DNA from: a bacterium
Lineage (GTDB): Bacteria; Zhuqueibacterota; Zhuqueibacteria; Residuimicrobiales; Krinioviventaceae
DNA: 64,000 bases
NCBI GenBank assembly: GCA_963674595.2
Contig: CAXXFV010000005.1
Coordinates: forward strand, 1 to 64,000
Direction: 5' to 3'
Both the position numbers and the translations under genes were made by a program. Below, piece by piece: positions 42,366-53,080 of this stretch (the stretch's first letter is position 1; every line of letters begins with the position of its first letter). A model generated the notes under the pieces. That model was not told the DNA's origin, made no database searches, and was given only the letters and a program-made list of their open reading frames with translations.

Positions 42366-42590
42366 TAAACTTGCTATATTTTAGTGGACACAAAGTTAAG
42401 CTCTTTTTATATTATAAACCAAAGGAAGTGTCCACATGAAAACAAAAGACGACACTATACTGCGTATTCCTGACCAAAATTGCCACCCATTAATACTACC
42501 ACCATGGTAAACTAAAATTGTCAAAATGTTTGGATTGTTCAGTGGTAAACTTTCAACTGGAATCAATGACAGGTTATATCAGAATATAAA
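42366..42590 (+). mobile_element. IS3-like left end (42366-42460) and IS21-like MITE copy 5 (42461-42590)
   Basis: Tandem second copy of the 42022 composite. Confidence 0.6.
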
Positions 42591-42720
42591 CGTACTTTAG
42601 TATTTGATTATAAATAGGTTATCGCTAACCATCCAAAACCATGTCCACATAGGTAGCATGACTCCACGTTTTCCTTCAAGTTTCAATTATTTGACAGGAA
42701 GTATAATTCTGTTTACCCAT
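42591..42720 (-). pseudogene. Second decayed copy of the phage-type HTH gene fragment
   Basis: MGKQNYTSCQIIET*RKTWSHATYVDMVLDG*R*PIYNQILKY. Confidence 0.5.
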
Positions 42721-42725
42721 TATAG

Positions 42726-45700
42726 ACCAGTGTCAAAAATGTAAAAAATGAAATAATGTAAAAATACCATCCTTTAATTGTTATTCATTGAAGTGAAAAA
42801 GGTGAATCCAGGATCTCCATTTCCTATTATTATCTCTGCTCTCTCCCGATAACAGCCATAAAAGCCTACCAGTGTATAATATGTAAAATAATGGACAACC
42901 TTATCTGTTTTTAGATATAAAACTTTGATCCTTATTTCCATTTCCGATTATTATTTCTGTTCCCTCTCGATGACAGCCATAAAAGCCTACCAGTGTCAAA
43001 AATGTAAAAAAACCATCATTTAATCATTATTCCTTGAAGTGCAAAAGGTGAACCCGGATTTTCCATTTCAGATCATTACCTGTGTTCTCTCCCGATAACA
43101 GCCATAAAAGCCTACCAGTGTGTAAAATGTGTAAAATTAGAAAACTTTCTGTTTTTAGATATATAAAATTTTGATCCATACATCCATTTCCGATTATTAT
43201 CTCTGCTCTCTCGTGACGACAGTTATAAAAGCCTACCAGTGTGTAAAATGTGTAAAATGTTTAAAATTAGAAAATTTTCTGTTTTTAGATTTATAAAACT
43301 TAAATCTATACATCAATTTCCGATTATTATCTCTGCTCTCTCCCGATAACAACCATAAAAGCTTACCAGTGTGTAATAATTGTAATAATAGACGATTTTC
43401 TGTTTTTAAATATATAAAACTTTGATCCTTATTTACATTTCCGATTATTATCTCTGCTCTCTCCCGATGATAGCCATAAAAGCCTACCAGTGTGTAATAT
43501 GTAAAATAATGGACAACCTTATCTGTTTTTAGATACAAAATTTTGATCCTTACTTTCATTTCCGATAATAATCTCTGTTCCCTCCAGATGCCAGCCATAA
43601 AAGCTTACCAGTGTATAATATGTAAAATAATAGACAACCTTATCTGTTTATAGATATAAAACTTTGATCCTTATTTCCATTTCCGATTACTATATCTGCT
43701 CTCTCGCGATAACAGTTATAAAAGCCTACCAGTGTGTAAAGTGTGTAAAATGTAAAAATAGACAACTTTCTGTTTTTAGATATATAAACTTTGATCCTTA
43801 TTTCCATTTCCGATTATCATCTCTGTTCTCTCCCGATGACAGCGATAAACGCCTACCAGTGTGTAAAATGTGTAAAATGTTTAAAATTATAAAATTTTGA
43901 TCCATACTTTCATTTCCGATTATTATCTCTGTTCCCTCGCGATGACATCCATAAAAACCTACCAGTGTCAAAAATGTCAAAAATGTAAAAGTACCATCCT
44001 TTAATCGTTATTTCTTGAAGTGCAATAGGTGAACCCAGGATCGCCATTTCCGATTGCTATCTCTGTTTCTTCCCGATGACAGTTATAAAAGCCTACCAGT
44101 GTGTAATAATTGTAATAATAGACGACTTTCTGTTTTTAAATATATAATACTTTGATCCTTATTTCCATTTCCGATTACTATCTCTGTTCCCTCACGACGA
44201 CAGACATAAGAGCCTACCAGTGTATAATATGTAAAATAATAGAAAACTTTCTGTTTTTAGATATATAAAACTTTAATCCTTATTTCCATTTCCGATTACT
44301 ATCTCTGATCCCTCGCGATGACGGAAATTAACGCCTACCAGTGTGTAAAATGTGTAAAATGTATAAAATTAGAAAACTTTCTGTTTTTAGATTTATAAAA
44401 CTTTGATCCTTACTTTCATTTACGATTGTTATCTCTGTTCTCTCGCGATGACAGCAATAAAAGCCTACCAGTGTATAATATGTGAAATAATAAACGACTT
44501 TTTGTTTTTAGATGTATAAAACTTAAATCTATAAATCCATTTCCGATTATTATCTCTGTTCCCTCGCGATAACAGCCTACCAGTGTGTAAAATGTGTAAA
44601 ATGTATAAAATTATAAAATTTTCTGTTTTTAGATTTATAAAACTTAAATCCTTACATCCATTCCCGATTATTATCTATGTTCCTTCCAGATGACAGGAAT
44701 AAACGCCTACCAGTGTATAAAATGTGAAAAATGTAAAAATACCATTCTTTAATCGTTATTCCTTGAATTGCAAAAGGTGAATCCAGATTGTCCATTTTCG
44801 ATTATTATCTCTGCTCTCTCCCGATGACAGCTATAAAAGCCTACCAGTGTATAATATGTAAAATAATGGACAACCTTATCTGTTTTTAGATATAAAATTT
44901 TGATCCTTATTTACATTTCCGATTATTATCTCTGCTCTCTCGACGACAGCGATAAAAGCCTACCAGTGTGTAAAATGTATAAAATTAGAAAACTTTCTGT
45001 TTTTAGATATATTAAACTTTGATCCTTACACCCATTTCCGATTATGATCTCTGCTCCTTCGCGATGACAGCCACAAAAGCTTACCAGTGTGTAAAGTGTG
45101 TAAAATGTCAAAAATTAGACAACTTTCTGTTTATAGATATAAAATTTTGATCCTTATTTACATTTCCGATTATTATCTCTGCTCTCTCGACGACAGCGAT
45201 AAAAGCCTACCAGTGTGTAAAATGTATAAAATTAGAAAACTTTCTGTTTTTAGATATATTAAACTTTGATCCTTACACCCATTTCCGATTATGATCTCTG
45301 CTCCTTCGCGATGACAGCCACAAAAGCTTACCAGTGTGTAAAGTGTGTAAAATGTCAAAAATTAGACAACTTTCTGTTTATAGATATAAAACTTTGATCC
45401 TTATTTCTATATCCGATTACTATCTCTGCTCTCTCCCGGTGACAGCTATAAAAGCCTACCAGTGTATAAAGTGTGTAAAATTAGAAAACTTTCGGTTTTT
45501 GATTTATAAAACATTGATCCTTATTTCCATTTCCGATTATTATCACTGTTCCTTCCCGATGTCAGCGATAAACGCTTACCAGTGTAAAAAATGTGAAAAA
45601 TGTGTAAAATTAGACAACTTTCTGTTTTTAAATATATAAAATTTTGATCCATAAATCCCTTTCTGATTATTATCTCTGTTCTCACCCGATGACAGTTATA

Positions 45701-46735
45701 AAAGCCTACCAGTGTGTAATAATTGTAATAATAGACGACTTTCTGTTTTTAAATATTTAAAACTTTGATCCTTATTTCCATTTCCGATTATTATCTCTGT
45801 TCCCTCGCGATCACAGCCATAAAAGCCTACCAGTGTATAATAATTATAATAATAGACGATTTTCTGTTTTTAAATATATAAAACTTTGATCCTTATTTCC
45901 ATTTCCGATTATTATCTCTGTCTCTCCCGATAACAACCATAAAAGCCTACCAGTGTATAAAATGTGAAAAATGTAAAAATACCATTCTTTAATCGTTATT
46001 CCTTGAATTGCAAAAGGTGATTCCAGGATCGCCATTTCCGATTATTACCTCTGCTCCTTCGCTATGACAGTTATAAAAGCCTACCAGTGTCAAAAATGTA
46101 AAAAATGTAAAAGTACCATCCTTTAATTGCTATTCCTTGAAGTGAAAAAAGTGAACCCAGGATCGCCATTTCAGATCATTATCTCTGTTCCCTCGCGATG
46201 ACAGTTATAAAAGCCTACCAGTGTCAAAAATGTAAAAAATGTAAAAATACCATTCTTTAATCGTTATTCCTTGAATTGCAAAAGGTGAATCCAAGATTTC
46301 CATTTCCGATTATTATCTCTGCTCTCTCGCGACGACAGCGATAAAAGCCTACCAGTGTATAAAGTGTGTAAAATTAGAAAACTTTCTGTTTTTAGATATA
46401 TAAAACATTAATCCTTACATCCATTTCCGATTATCATCTCTGTTCCCTCGCGATCACAGCCATAAAAGCCTACCAGTGTATAATAATTATAATAATAGAC
46501 GATTTTCTGTTTTTAAATATATAAAACTTTGATCCTAATTTCCATTTCCGATTACTATCTCTGTTCCCTCCAGATGACAGCTATAAAAGCCTACCAGTGT
46601 GTAATAATTGTAATAATAGACAACTTTCTGTTTTTAGATTTATAAAACTTTGATCCTTACATCCATTTCTGATTATAATCTCTGTTCCCTTGCGATGACA
46701 GCCAAGAAGCCTACCAGTGTATAAAGTGTATAATA
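42726..46735. repeat. Non-coding modular tandem array, 32 full units (mostly 121, 130 or 134 bp)
   Basis: 33 copies of accagtgt counted by hand from 42726 to 46713; constant block ccatttccgattattatctctg...gacagccataaaagcctaccagtgt. Confidence 0.95.
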
Positions 46736-46736
46736 T

Positions 46737-46770
46737 AAAAAAAGGCCGGAAAAATTTTCCCGGCCTTTTT
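46737..46770. terminator. Bidirectional rho-independent terminator
   Basis: aaaaaaaggccgg-aaaaattttc-ccggccttttt, between the array and the 3' end of the 46793 gene. Confidence 0.85.
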
Positions 46771-46792
46771 CTATAATATATAATATGTAATC

Positions 46793-49114
46793 TTATTTAA
46801 CATAAAATAATTTTTGTAACGATCTGTATCCCGGGGTTTTCATTTCTATAAAGTACACGCCTGTCGACAACAATTGGTTGTGTGAATTTAAACTGTTCCA
46901 TATTAACCGGTGCTGACCGGCCTGTTGTTCACCATTATAAAGAGTCTGGACTTTTTGTCCCAATGTGTTATAAACAGTCAAGGTGACATGTTCACTCTTT
47001 GGCAATGAGTAGCTGATAACAGTGGAAGAATTGAATGGATTTGGATAGGGCATTGACAATTTATACTGATCCGGAGTTTGCATAGTAACGGTAACCGTCT
47101 CCGAATAGGTGCTGCTGCCGTCCAGGTCTGTCATCTTTAAACGATAACTGTTTGTTTGGTCCGGGGAATTATCTGTAAAAGAATAGTTCTGTTCCTGTGT
47201 TGATGTGCCGGCTGCTTTTTCAAATCCGATTTGCTGAAATTTATCTCCTACTTTTTTTTCAATATAAAAACCAAGGGTATTGGACTCTGTTGCTGTTTTC
47301 CAGTTCAGAATAACGGAATTTGATTCGGTGGTTTGCGCGCTAAAAGAGACCAGCTCTACAGGCACTACCGATCCGGTTGATAACATGGAGGTATTGCCAT
47401 TAGCATCTGTAACGGTTGCTGTGGCATGACTTTGTGATATGGTGCCGTTCCATGTAAAGTTACCTGTTGCACTGGATGTTGTTTTTCCCAAATAGGTTTG
47501 TGCCTGGGTCCCATTATCGGAAAACAACTCGACTGTGCTGTTGGCGATTGTCGTACCGGTAATTGTTGTCTTGTTGGCACCGGTGATTTGCGGGGCAGGA
47601 ACTAATGCATTGAGTCCGGTTTGGATAAGGATGGCAAATTCACCATTATTATAAATGGAATTTTGAGAAATGGTATTGTTTATGGTATCTTCTCCTTTTA
47701 TCCAGATGCCATAGTAACCATGTCCGGTTATAACATTATTTGTACCGATAAAATTTTGACTTGCCCCTGAAAAGAGCATAATCCCCGTATCATATCCTGA
47801 GATCAGGGTTTGGGTGGCGTTTGTGCCGAGATAATTATTTTTAATGGTTGTATTAAAATTACCAGCACCAGTCATTTTTATAGCCGCGTAGGACAAGTCC
47901 GGTTCCATATTCTGACCGACGATGACATTCCCGGGACCGATTATGTTACCATCCGGCAGGCCGCCTTTAGCTTCAGGCATAATCACCAGTCCGTTACCCG
48001 TGTTGGGGACAACGGTTGAACCATCTGCACTGCTGCCGATATAATTGTTTTCCATCACTGTATTGTGTGCACCCCTGATTTCAACGGCATTGGAGGTGTT
48101 TCCTGAAAGAACATTGTTTTTAATTTTTGTGCCGTCTGCAATATCTACGATCCAGATGGCACCTTCACCGTTCGGCAATGCGGTTTGTCCGTCGGCACCG
48201 ACACCGATATAATTGTATTGTATAAGATTATTATCTGTGCCTTCATCTTTGGCATCTTTGATAATAATAGCCTGGCGCCCGCAGGCACACATGACATTCC
48301 CGGAGTCCGGAGTGGAACCGCCGACCTGGTTTGAGTAACTTCCGTTTCGGATATACATACCTGCCCAGGGACCGCCATAGGTTACATCTACGCCCCAACC
48401 AATAGGCAATTCTGATATACCGGATTTGTTTACACCGATATAGTTACCGATGATTTTATTATCATGTACATTTAAAACCATTTCTATCGCTTCGTAATAA
48501 AACCCACCCATAATATTTCTATCCTCACCGACGCCGCCGATGACATTATGATGGGCGCCTTCCCGGATATTAACACCGTTACTTTTCTGTACAACATAAG
48601 ACTGATTGCCGTCCGGATCAGTACCGATAAGGCATCCACGGATGATATTATGGTGTGCGTTTTCACCTTCAATCCAGAAATGATGGGCACGAAATTTACC
48701 GATACATATTCCCTCTATGGTGTTATAGGCGGAATAAATACTGATTGCCGGCAATTCGACCGGAGAACGGTTGCTGAGAATAACAATTTCCAGACCGTCT
48801 GCGTTGGTATTGCCGATATTTCCGGCCTGACTGTGACCGTCGATATGTGTGTTATCATCCGTAATATCCGGCAGGGCTGTTGTACATTCAATTTCAAATG
48901 TTCCGCTGCTTGCTGAATAATTAGGATCGCTTGTTGGTATGGCAAACTCAATCGTATCTGCACCGGGATTGGCGGCTGCCTGGGTCATGGCCCATGTTAA
49001 TGATCCGTTTCCTGTCTCATTGGTATTTGTGACCGTGTAGGTATTTGCCGACAGGATTGCCGGGAGTGCCAGCATTATTAAAATTGATTTTATGTTTTTA
49101 ATAACAAAAGACAT
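46793..49114 (-). CDS. Secreted parallel beta-helix protein with C-terminal sorting (T9SS type A/FlgD-Ig-like) domain
   Basis: Signal peptide after GAGGG RBS (ATG at 49114); repeated NxIxxNYIG; VPVELVSF; PNPFNSST..GVYFIEM tail. Confidence 0.8.
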   Translation of the reverse strand: MSFVIKNIKSILIMLALPAILSANTYTVTNTNETGNGSLTWAMTQAAANPGADTIEFAIPTSDPNYSASSGTFEIECTTALPDITDDNTHIDGHSQAGNIGNTNADGLEIVILSNRSPVELPAISIYSAYNTIEGICIGKFRAHHFWIEGENAHHNIIRGCLIGTDPDGNQSYVVQKSNGVNIREGAHHNVIGGVGEDRNIMGGFYYEAIEMVLNVHDNKIIGNYIGVNKSGISELPIGWGVDVTYGGPWAGMYIRNGSYSNQVGGSTPDSGNVMCACGRQAIIIKDAKDEGTDNNLIQYNYIGVGADGQTALPNGEGAIWIVDIADGTKIKNNVLSGNTSNAVEIRGAHNTVMENNYIGSSADGSTVVPNTGNGLVIMPEAKGGLPDGNIIGPGNVIVGQNMEPDLSYAAIKMTGAGNFNTTIKNNYLGTNATQTLISGYDTGIMLFSGASQNFIGTNNVITGHGYYGIWIKGEDTINNTISQNSIYNNGEFAILIQTGLNALVPAPQITGANKTTITGTTIANSTVELFSDNGTQAQTYLGKTTSSATGNFTWNGTISQSHATATVTDANGNTSMLSTGSVVPVELVSFSAQTTESNSVILNWKTATESNTLGFYIEKKVGDKFQQIGFEKAAGTSTQEQNYSFTDNSPDQTNSYRLKMTDLDGSSTYSETVTVTMQTPDQYKLSMPYPNPFNSSTVISYSLPKSEHVTLTVYNTLGQKVQTLYNGEQQAGQHRLIWNSLNSHNQLLSTGVYFIEMKTPGYRSLQKLFYVK

Positions 49115-49172
49115 GTTCCCTCCAAACAAAGAGTGATGAGTTAAATGATTAATAAATTTAATAAAACGCATT

Positions 49173-49448
49173 TCAATAGATTTCATCATGATGACCTACG
49201 TTTACGAGAATGATTTCTTTTTCAGTAATATAAAATTCTAATACAATTCGATATGAAATGTTTATTGATACGGAATATAGTTTGTTAAATTTACCCTTTA
49301 ATTGATGCAACCTAAGGGATGGATGGTCGGGATTCATTTCTAAAATTTTTAATGTTTTTTCATATTGTGAAATTATTTCCGGATGCTTTTTTAAAAATTT
49401 GGATGCTCTTTTGATATAACTGTACGTATAAACAAGTTGATATGTCAT
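49173..49448 (-). CDS. Type II toxin, RelE/ParE/YafQ superfamily
   Basis: HPSLRLHQLKG, SINISYRI, VGHHDEIY. Confidence 0.85.
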   Translation of the reverse strand: MTYQLVYTYSYIKRASKFLKKHPEIISQYEKTLKILEMNPDHPSLRLHQLKGKFNKLYSVSINISYRIVLEFYITEKEIILVNVGHHDEIY

Positions 49449-49696
49449 TTTGTTACTCGTTGAACATGTTCTTCAACAGATTCTGTAACAAAATTTCCGG
49501 CTTTATAATCGGCCTCTGTTTCGCGTAAAGCAGCATCAAGTTCACATTCACGGAGATAATTATAGTATTTCATATCCATAACGACAAATTTTTCTTTACC
49601 ACGAACAGTAATTACCAATTCGCTATTGTCTTCAAGATTGCTCTCTATAGCAGATATACCTTTTGTTTTTAATTGATTGGCTGTTATCGTATTCAT
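49445..49696 (-). CDS. Type II antitoxin, Phd/YefM family
   Basis: ITANQLK, VITVRGKEKFVVM; ATGA overlap with the toxin gene. Confidence 0.85.
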   Translation of the reverse strand: MNTITANQLKTKGISAIESNLEDNSELVITVRGKEKFVVMDMKYYNYLRECELDAALRETEADYKAGNFVTESVEEHVQRVTK

Positions 49697-49907
49697 AATA
49701 AACCTTTTTAGAATGCTTTTAATAGTACTCTTGTGAGTGATAATATATTAACATTCGATACGATAATCAAGTTAAAATTTGATATATGCTTTTCCTGTGC
49801 ATTTGTCATGGCTCAACCTGTTTACGGGTATTTCTTTATATATACAGAAAAAAATACATTTTCGCCTAAAAAATAAATGATTTTATTTAAAAATAGAGTA
49901 ACATTTT

Positions 49908-51281
49908 TTATTCAAGTTCCTGAAAACAAATATCATTAAACCAGCTTTGTCCTGATCCTTGCTGATAAAGCAGCAAATGAACTCTGTCCGGTGCCGGTGA
50001 AATGGGCGGTGTTATAACAGATATTTTTTGCCGGACAACGGTACCGGTCAATTGTGTGTTGCTATTATATATTTCATAACTTTTTATGTCAAATACATCG
50101 CCGATTCCTGTTTTGTGCAGGCGAACGGCAATGCCGGTATGACCGCTAATATTTTCCGTACAAATATCACATGTCAACTGGTATCGTTTACCATCAATAA
50201 ATGACGGCTGTCCGTAGGCCGGACCCAATGCTGTAAACTGCCAGATGGAATAAGTGTCCTGTTTATTGATTATTGTTAAAGATGGATTTGGGTTTTCAAG
50301 TTGGTCTTTATCGATAAATCCTTTGGCTGTATTTACCTCTGCATCTGAGGTGAATTCCCAGGGCCAGAGATCGCTGAGCTGGTCGGGATAGTCCAGAATT
50401 GTTTTTGAAAAGTCATTGATGCCGTTTACGAATATGGGGAACTGTTCCAATTGTTTGATATTCGTCAGTTGGGCCTGTTTAAAATATGGTTGTGCCGTCG
50501 CTTTGTTTATGGAATAGATTTGAAACCCGGCTGAATAGGTGAGGGGGCCGACAAGATCAATATCGGTTTTGTCGCAAACTTTATAGCCAAAATGGGCGTC
50601 CCACATATAGGCGCATACACCGGCATGTACGGTTTTTTTCGATAAAAGCTGAAAAATCGGATTGTGTTCTTCATGCATCCACATAAACCGATTGTTTGAA
50701 TTTAGGATAATGTTGTTTTTATCATCTGTGGGCAGGTGGTGGTGAGGTATTTTGATGATTTTTTCACCGTTATCAACAACACACGCCTGATATTTTTTTT
50801 GCATACCGGATTTACTGTGAAAACAGTCCAACGGCCAAAAGTTGCAAAATTCCAGTTCCCCATGTGACGGATTGGCCTTGATATGCCATTTTGTATTATC
50901 CGGTATTTCCAGCACAGCGTTTATGTGGTAAACATAGCTTGAAAATGTTTCCGAATAGTTTATTGTTACTTTATACTGACCGGACGCTGTTTTGGATTTG
51001 TTTTCGCCTGTTACCGTAAATATCGCGTGATCGTCATTTTGCTCGATCAATTTTAATTGAATGTTAGAACCCAGATTTCGGTCCGGATGCTGGTGTTCTG
51101 CATATTGCCACCAGTAAAGCGGCATGGGCACGTCCTTGCCGATGATTTCTTTAGTCATATCGCTCATAATCAGATATGAAAAACAACCTTTGGAAATAAC
51201 CGCTATTGTCCGCTCTTTGTGTTGTATCTCGGCCGAGTCTGTGGATTGTTGTTCAAATGTAAAATTACATTTTTTTTGCAT
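49908..51281 (-). CDS. Hypothetical protein, possible C-terminal carbohydrate-binding jelly-roll
   Basis: Last gene of the sugar operon; C-terminal GSGQSWFNDI pattern. Confidence 0.5.
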   Translation of the reverse strand: MQKKCNFTFEQQSTDSAEIQHKERTIAVISKGCFSYLIMSDMTKEIIGKDVPMPLYWWQYAEHQHPDRNLGSNIQLKLIEQNDDHAIFTVTGENKSKTASGQYKVTINYSETFSSYVYHINAVLEIPDNTKWHIKANPSHGELEFCNFWPLDCFHSKSGMQKKYQACVVDNGEKIIKIPHHHLPTDDKNNIILNSNNRFMWMHEEHNPIFQLLSKKTVHAGVCAYMWDAHFGYKVCDKTDIDLVGPLTYSAGFQIYSINKATAQPYFKQAQLTNIKQLEQFPIFVNGINDFSKTILDYPDQLSDLWPWEFTSDAEVNTAKGFIDKDQLENPNPSLTIINKQDTYSIWQFTALGPAYGQPSFIDGKRYQLTCDICTENISGHTGIAVRLHKTGIGDVFDIKSYEIYNSNTQLTGTVVRQKISVITPPISPAPDRVHLLLYQQGSGQSWFNDICFQELE

Positions 51282-51284
51282 GGA

Positions 51285-52145
51285 TTAACCTCTTATACCG
51301 CCGACGTTAATTCCTTTCATAAAATGGCGCTGGGCCAAAAAGAATACGACAATATTGGGGATCAGGACGATAACCGAACCTGCCATAATAATATGCCATT
51401 GAGTGGCGCCGGAACCGATAATTTGTGTCTTTAACAAATTGAGTCCCAGTGTCAACGTTGCTTTTTCAAATGAATTAATATAAATAAGCGGATTGAAAAA
51501 GTCGTTCCACACACCGATAAAGCTGAATACAATCACCGTGGCGATAGCCGTTTTTGCCATGGGAAGAATGATATTCCAATAGATTCGGAAACGTGAGGCC
51601 CCGTCGATAAGGGCCGCTTCATCGTATTCATAGGGTATATTGAGAAAAAATTGTCTGAGCAAAAAGATGTAAAAGGGTGATCCAAAAAAAGCAGGGACTA
51701 TGAGGGGGAGGAATGTATCGACCCAGCCCAGTTTGGAAAAAAGCACATAAAGGGGAATCATGGTTACCTGGCCCGGCAGCAGCATGGTTGCTATACAAAG
51801 GCCGAACAGTTTATTTTTTCCGACAAATTTTAAACGGGCAAAACCATAGGCAACCAAGGTGCTTGAAAAGACGGTTCCGAAAATAACGGAAAAGGTTATA
51901 AGGACCGTATTAAAAAGATATTTTCCGAACGGCAGCAGCGTCATGGCATCGATATAGTTTTTCCATTGAAAATCTTTTGGTATCCATTGAAAGGGGATGG
52001 AGAAAATGGTGTTGCTGTTTTGAAAAGAGCATGAGAGCATCCACAATAATGGCGTGATAAAAACCAGCGCCATGACTGTCAATCCCAGGTATGCAAAACC
52101 CAGGCTCACATATTGCAGTATTGGAGTTGATTCTTTTTTGATCAT
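51285..52145 (-). CDS. Carbohydrate ABC transporter permease (MalG-like)
   Basis: EAALIDGAS, FLLRQFF, WNDF. Confidence 0.93.
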   Translation of the reverse strand: MIKKESTPILQYVSLGFAYLGLTVMALVFITPLLWMLSCSFQNSNTIFSIPFQWIPKDFQWKNYIDAMTLLPFGKYLFNTVLITFSVIFGTVFSSTLVAYGFARLKFVGKNKLFGLCIATMLLPGQVTMIPLYVLFSKLGWVDTFLPLIVPAFFGSPFYIFLLRQFFLNIPYEYDEAALIDGASRFRIYWNIILPMAKTAIATVIVFSFIGVWNDFFNPLIYINSFEKATLTLGLNLLKTQIIGSGATQWHIIMAGSVIVLIPNIVVFFLAQRHFMKGINVGGIRG

Positions 52146-53080
52146 ACGCCTTTGTCCTTTGCTTCGTAATAAACCCATCGTTTTGACATGCTAAATTGAA
52201 AGATTGTAAAAACAAGAATAATGATAAAAAGCACCCAGGCTAAAGCGGATGCATAACCCATTTTAAACTGTTGAAATGCTTTTTTGTACAGATACAACAC
52301 GAAAAAGAGAGTTGAGTTGTTTGGTCCGCCTTCCTGACCCTGGTTGGAGGAGGCCGTCATAACAAAGGCCTGGGTAAAAACCTGAAACGAGCCGATCATG
52401 TTCATCACCAGGTTGAAAAACAGGGCCGGTGAAATGAGCGGAATTGTTATATGTCTCAATTTCCTCCAGCGTCGGGCGCCGTCCAGTTCTGCCGCTTCGT
52501 ATAATTCAGGGGGAATTCCCTGCAATGCCGCCAGATTAATGATCATGCCGCCGCCGATTCCCCAAAGCGACATGATGATAAGCGCCGGTTTTGACCATAT
52601 TTCGCTTTGCAGCCACAGGGGGCCGGTGATATGAAATATATCCAAAAATCTGTTAATCAGACCGAATTCCGGGTTGAAAATCCACATCCACAAAATCGAT
52701 ACAGCAACAAGATTCGTTACGGATGGTAAAAAATAAACCGTACGAAAAATGGATATCCCTTTTAATTTTTGGTTCAGCATAAGCGCCAACACCAGCGATA
52801 AAAGAACACCTGTGGGAACGGAAAATAATACATAATAGGCTGTGTTCCACAGACTTTTGTAAACCAACGGATCGTCTGTAAATACCTGTTTATAGTTATC
52901 AAAACCGATCCACTGGGGCGGAGATAATAACGACCAGCGTGTGAAACTCATATAGAGCGATATCAGAATAGGACCGGCTGTCAAAAAAACAAATCCGATG
53001 AGCCAGGGCGAAATGTACAGATACCCTTCCAGATTTTGTTTTAATGTGATGGTTGGTTTGGAGGATTTCCTGAAAATCAT
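52142..53080 (-). CDS. Carbohydrate ABC transporter permease (MalF-like)
   Basis: ALQGIPPELYEAAELDGA, MGYASALAW. Confidence 0.93.
   Translation of the reverse strand: MIFRKSSKPTITLKQNLEGYLYISPWLIGFVFLTAGPILISLYMSFTRWSLLSPPQWIGFDNYKQVFTDDPLVYKSLWNTAYYVLFSVPTGVLLSLVLALMLNQKLKGISIFRTVYFLPSVTNLVAVSILWMWIFNPEFGLINRFLDIFHITGPLWLQSEIWSKPALIIMSLWGIGGGMIINLAALQGIPPELYEAAELDGARRWRKLRHITIPLISPALFFNLVMNMIGSFQVFTQAFVMTASSNQGQEGGPNNSTLFFVLYLYKKAFQQFKMGYASALAWVLFIIILVFTIFQFSMSKRWVYYEAKDKGV

Noticed and set aside
42691-42707. TTGACA and TATAAT just before each array (also 39735-39751)
   Set aside because: The spacer is only 5 nt, incompatible with a sigma70 promoter; the hexamers fall inside the antisense HTH relic.
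43233-46035. Short ORFs within the array (60-121 aa, both strands)
   Set aside because: Unit lengths are mostly not multiples of three, frames shift between units and stops are frequent; these are translation by-products.
42726-46735. CRISPR array interpretation
   Set aside because: Inter-repeat segments are reused and mutually homologous, the constant block is long and degenerate, and no cas gene is in the window.
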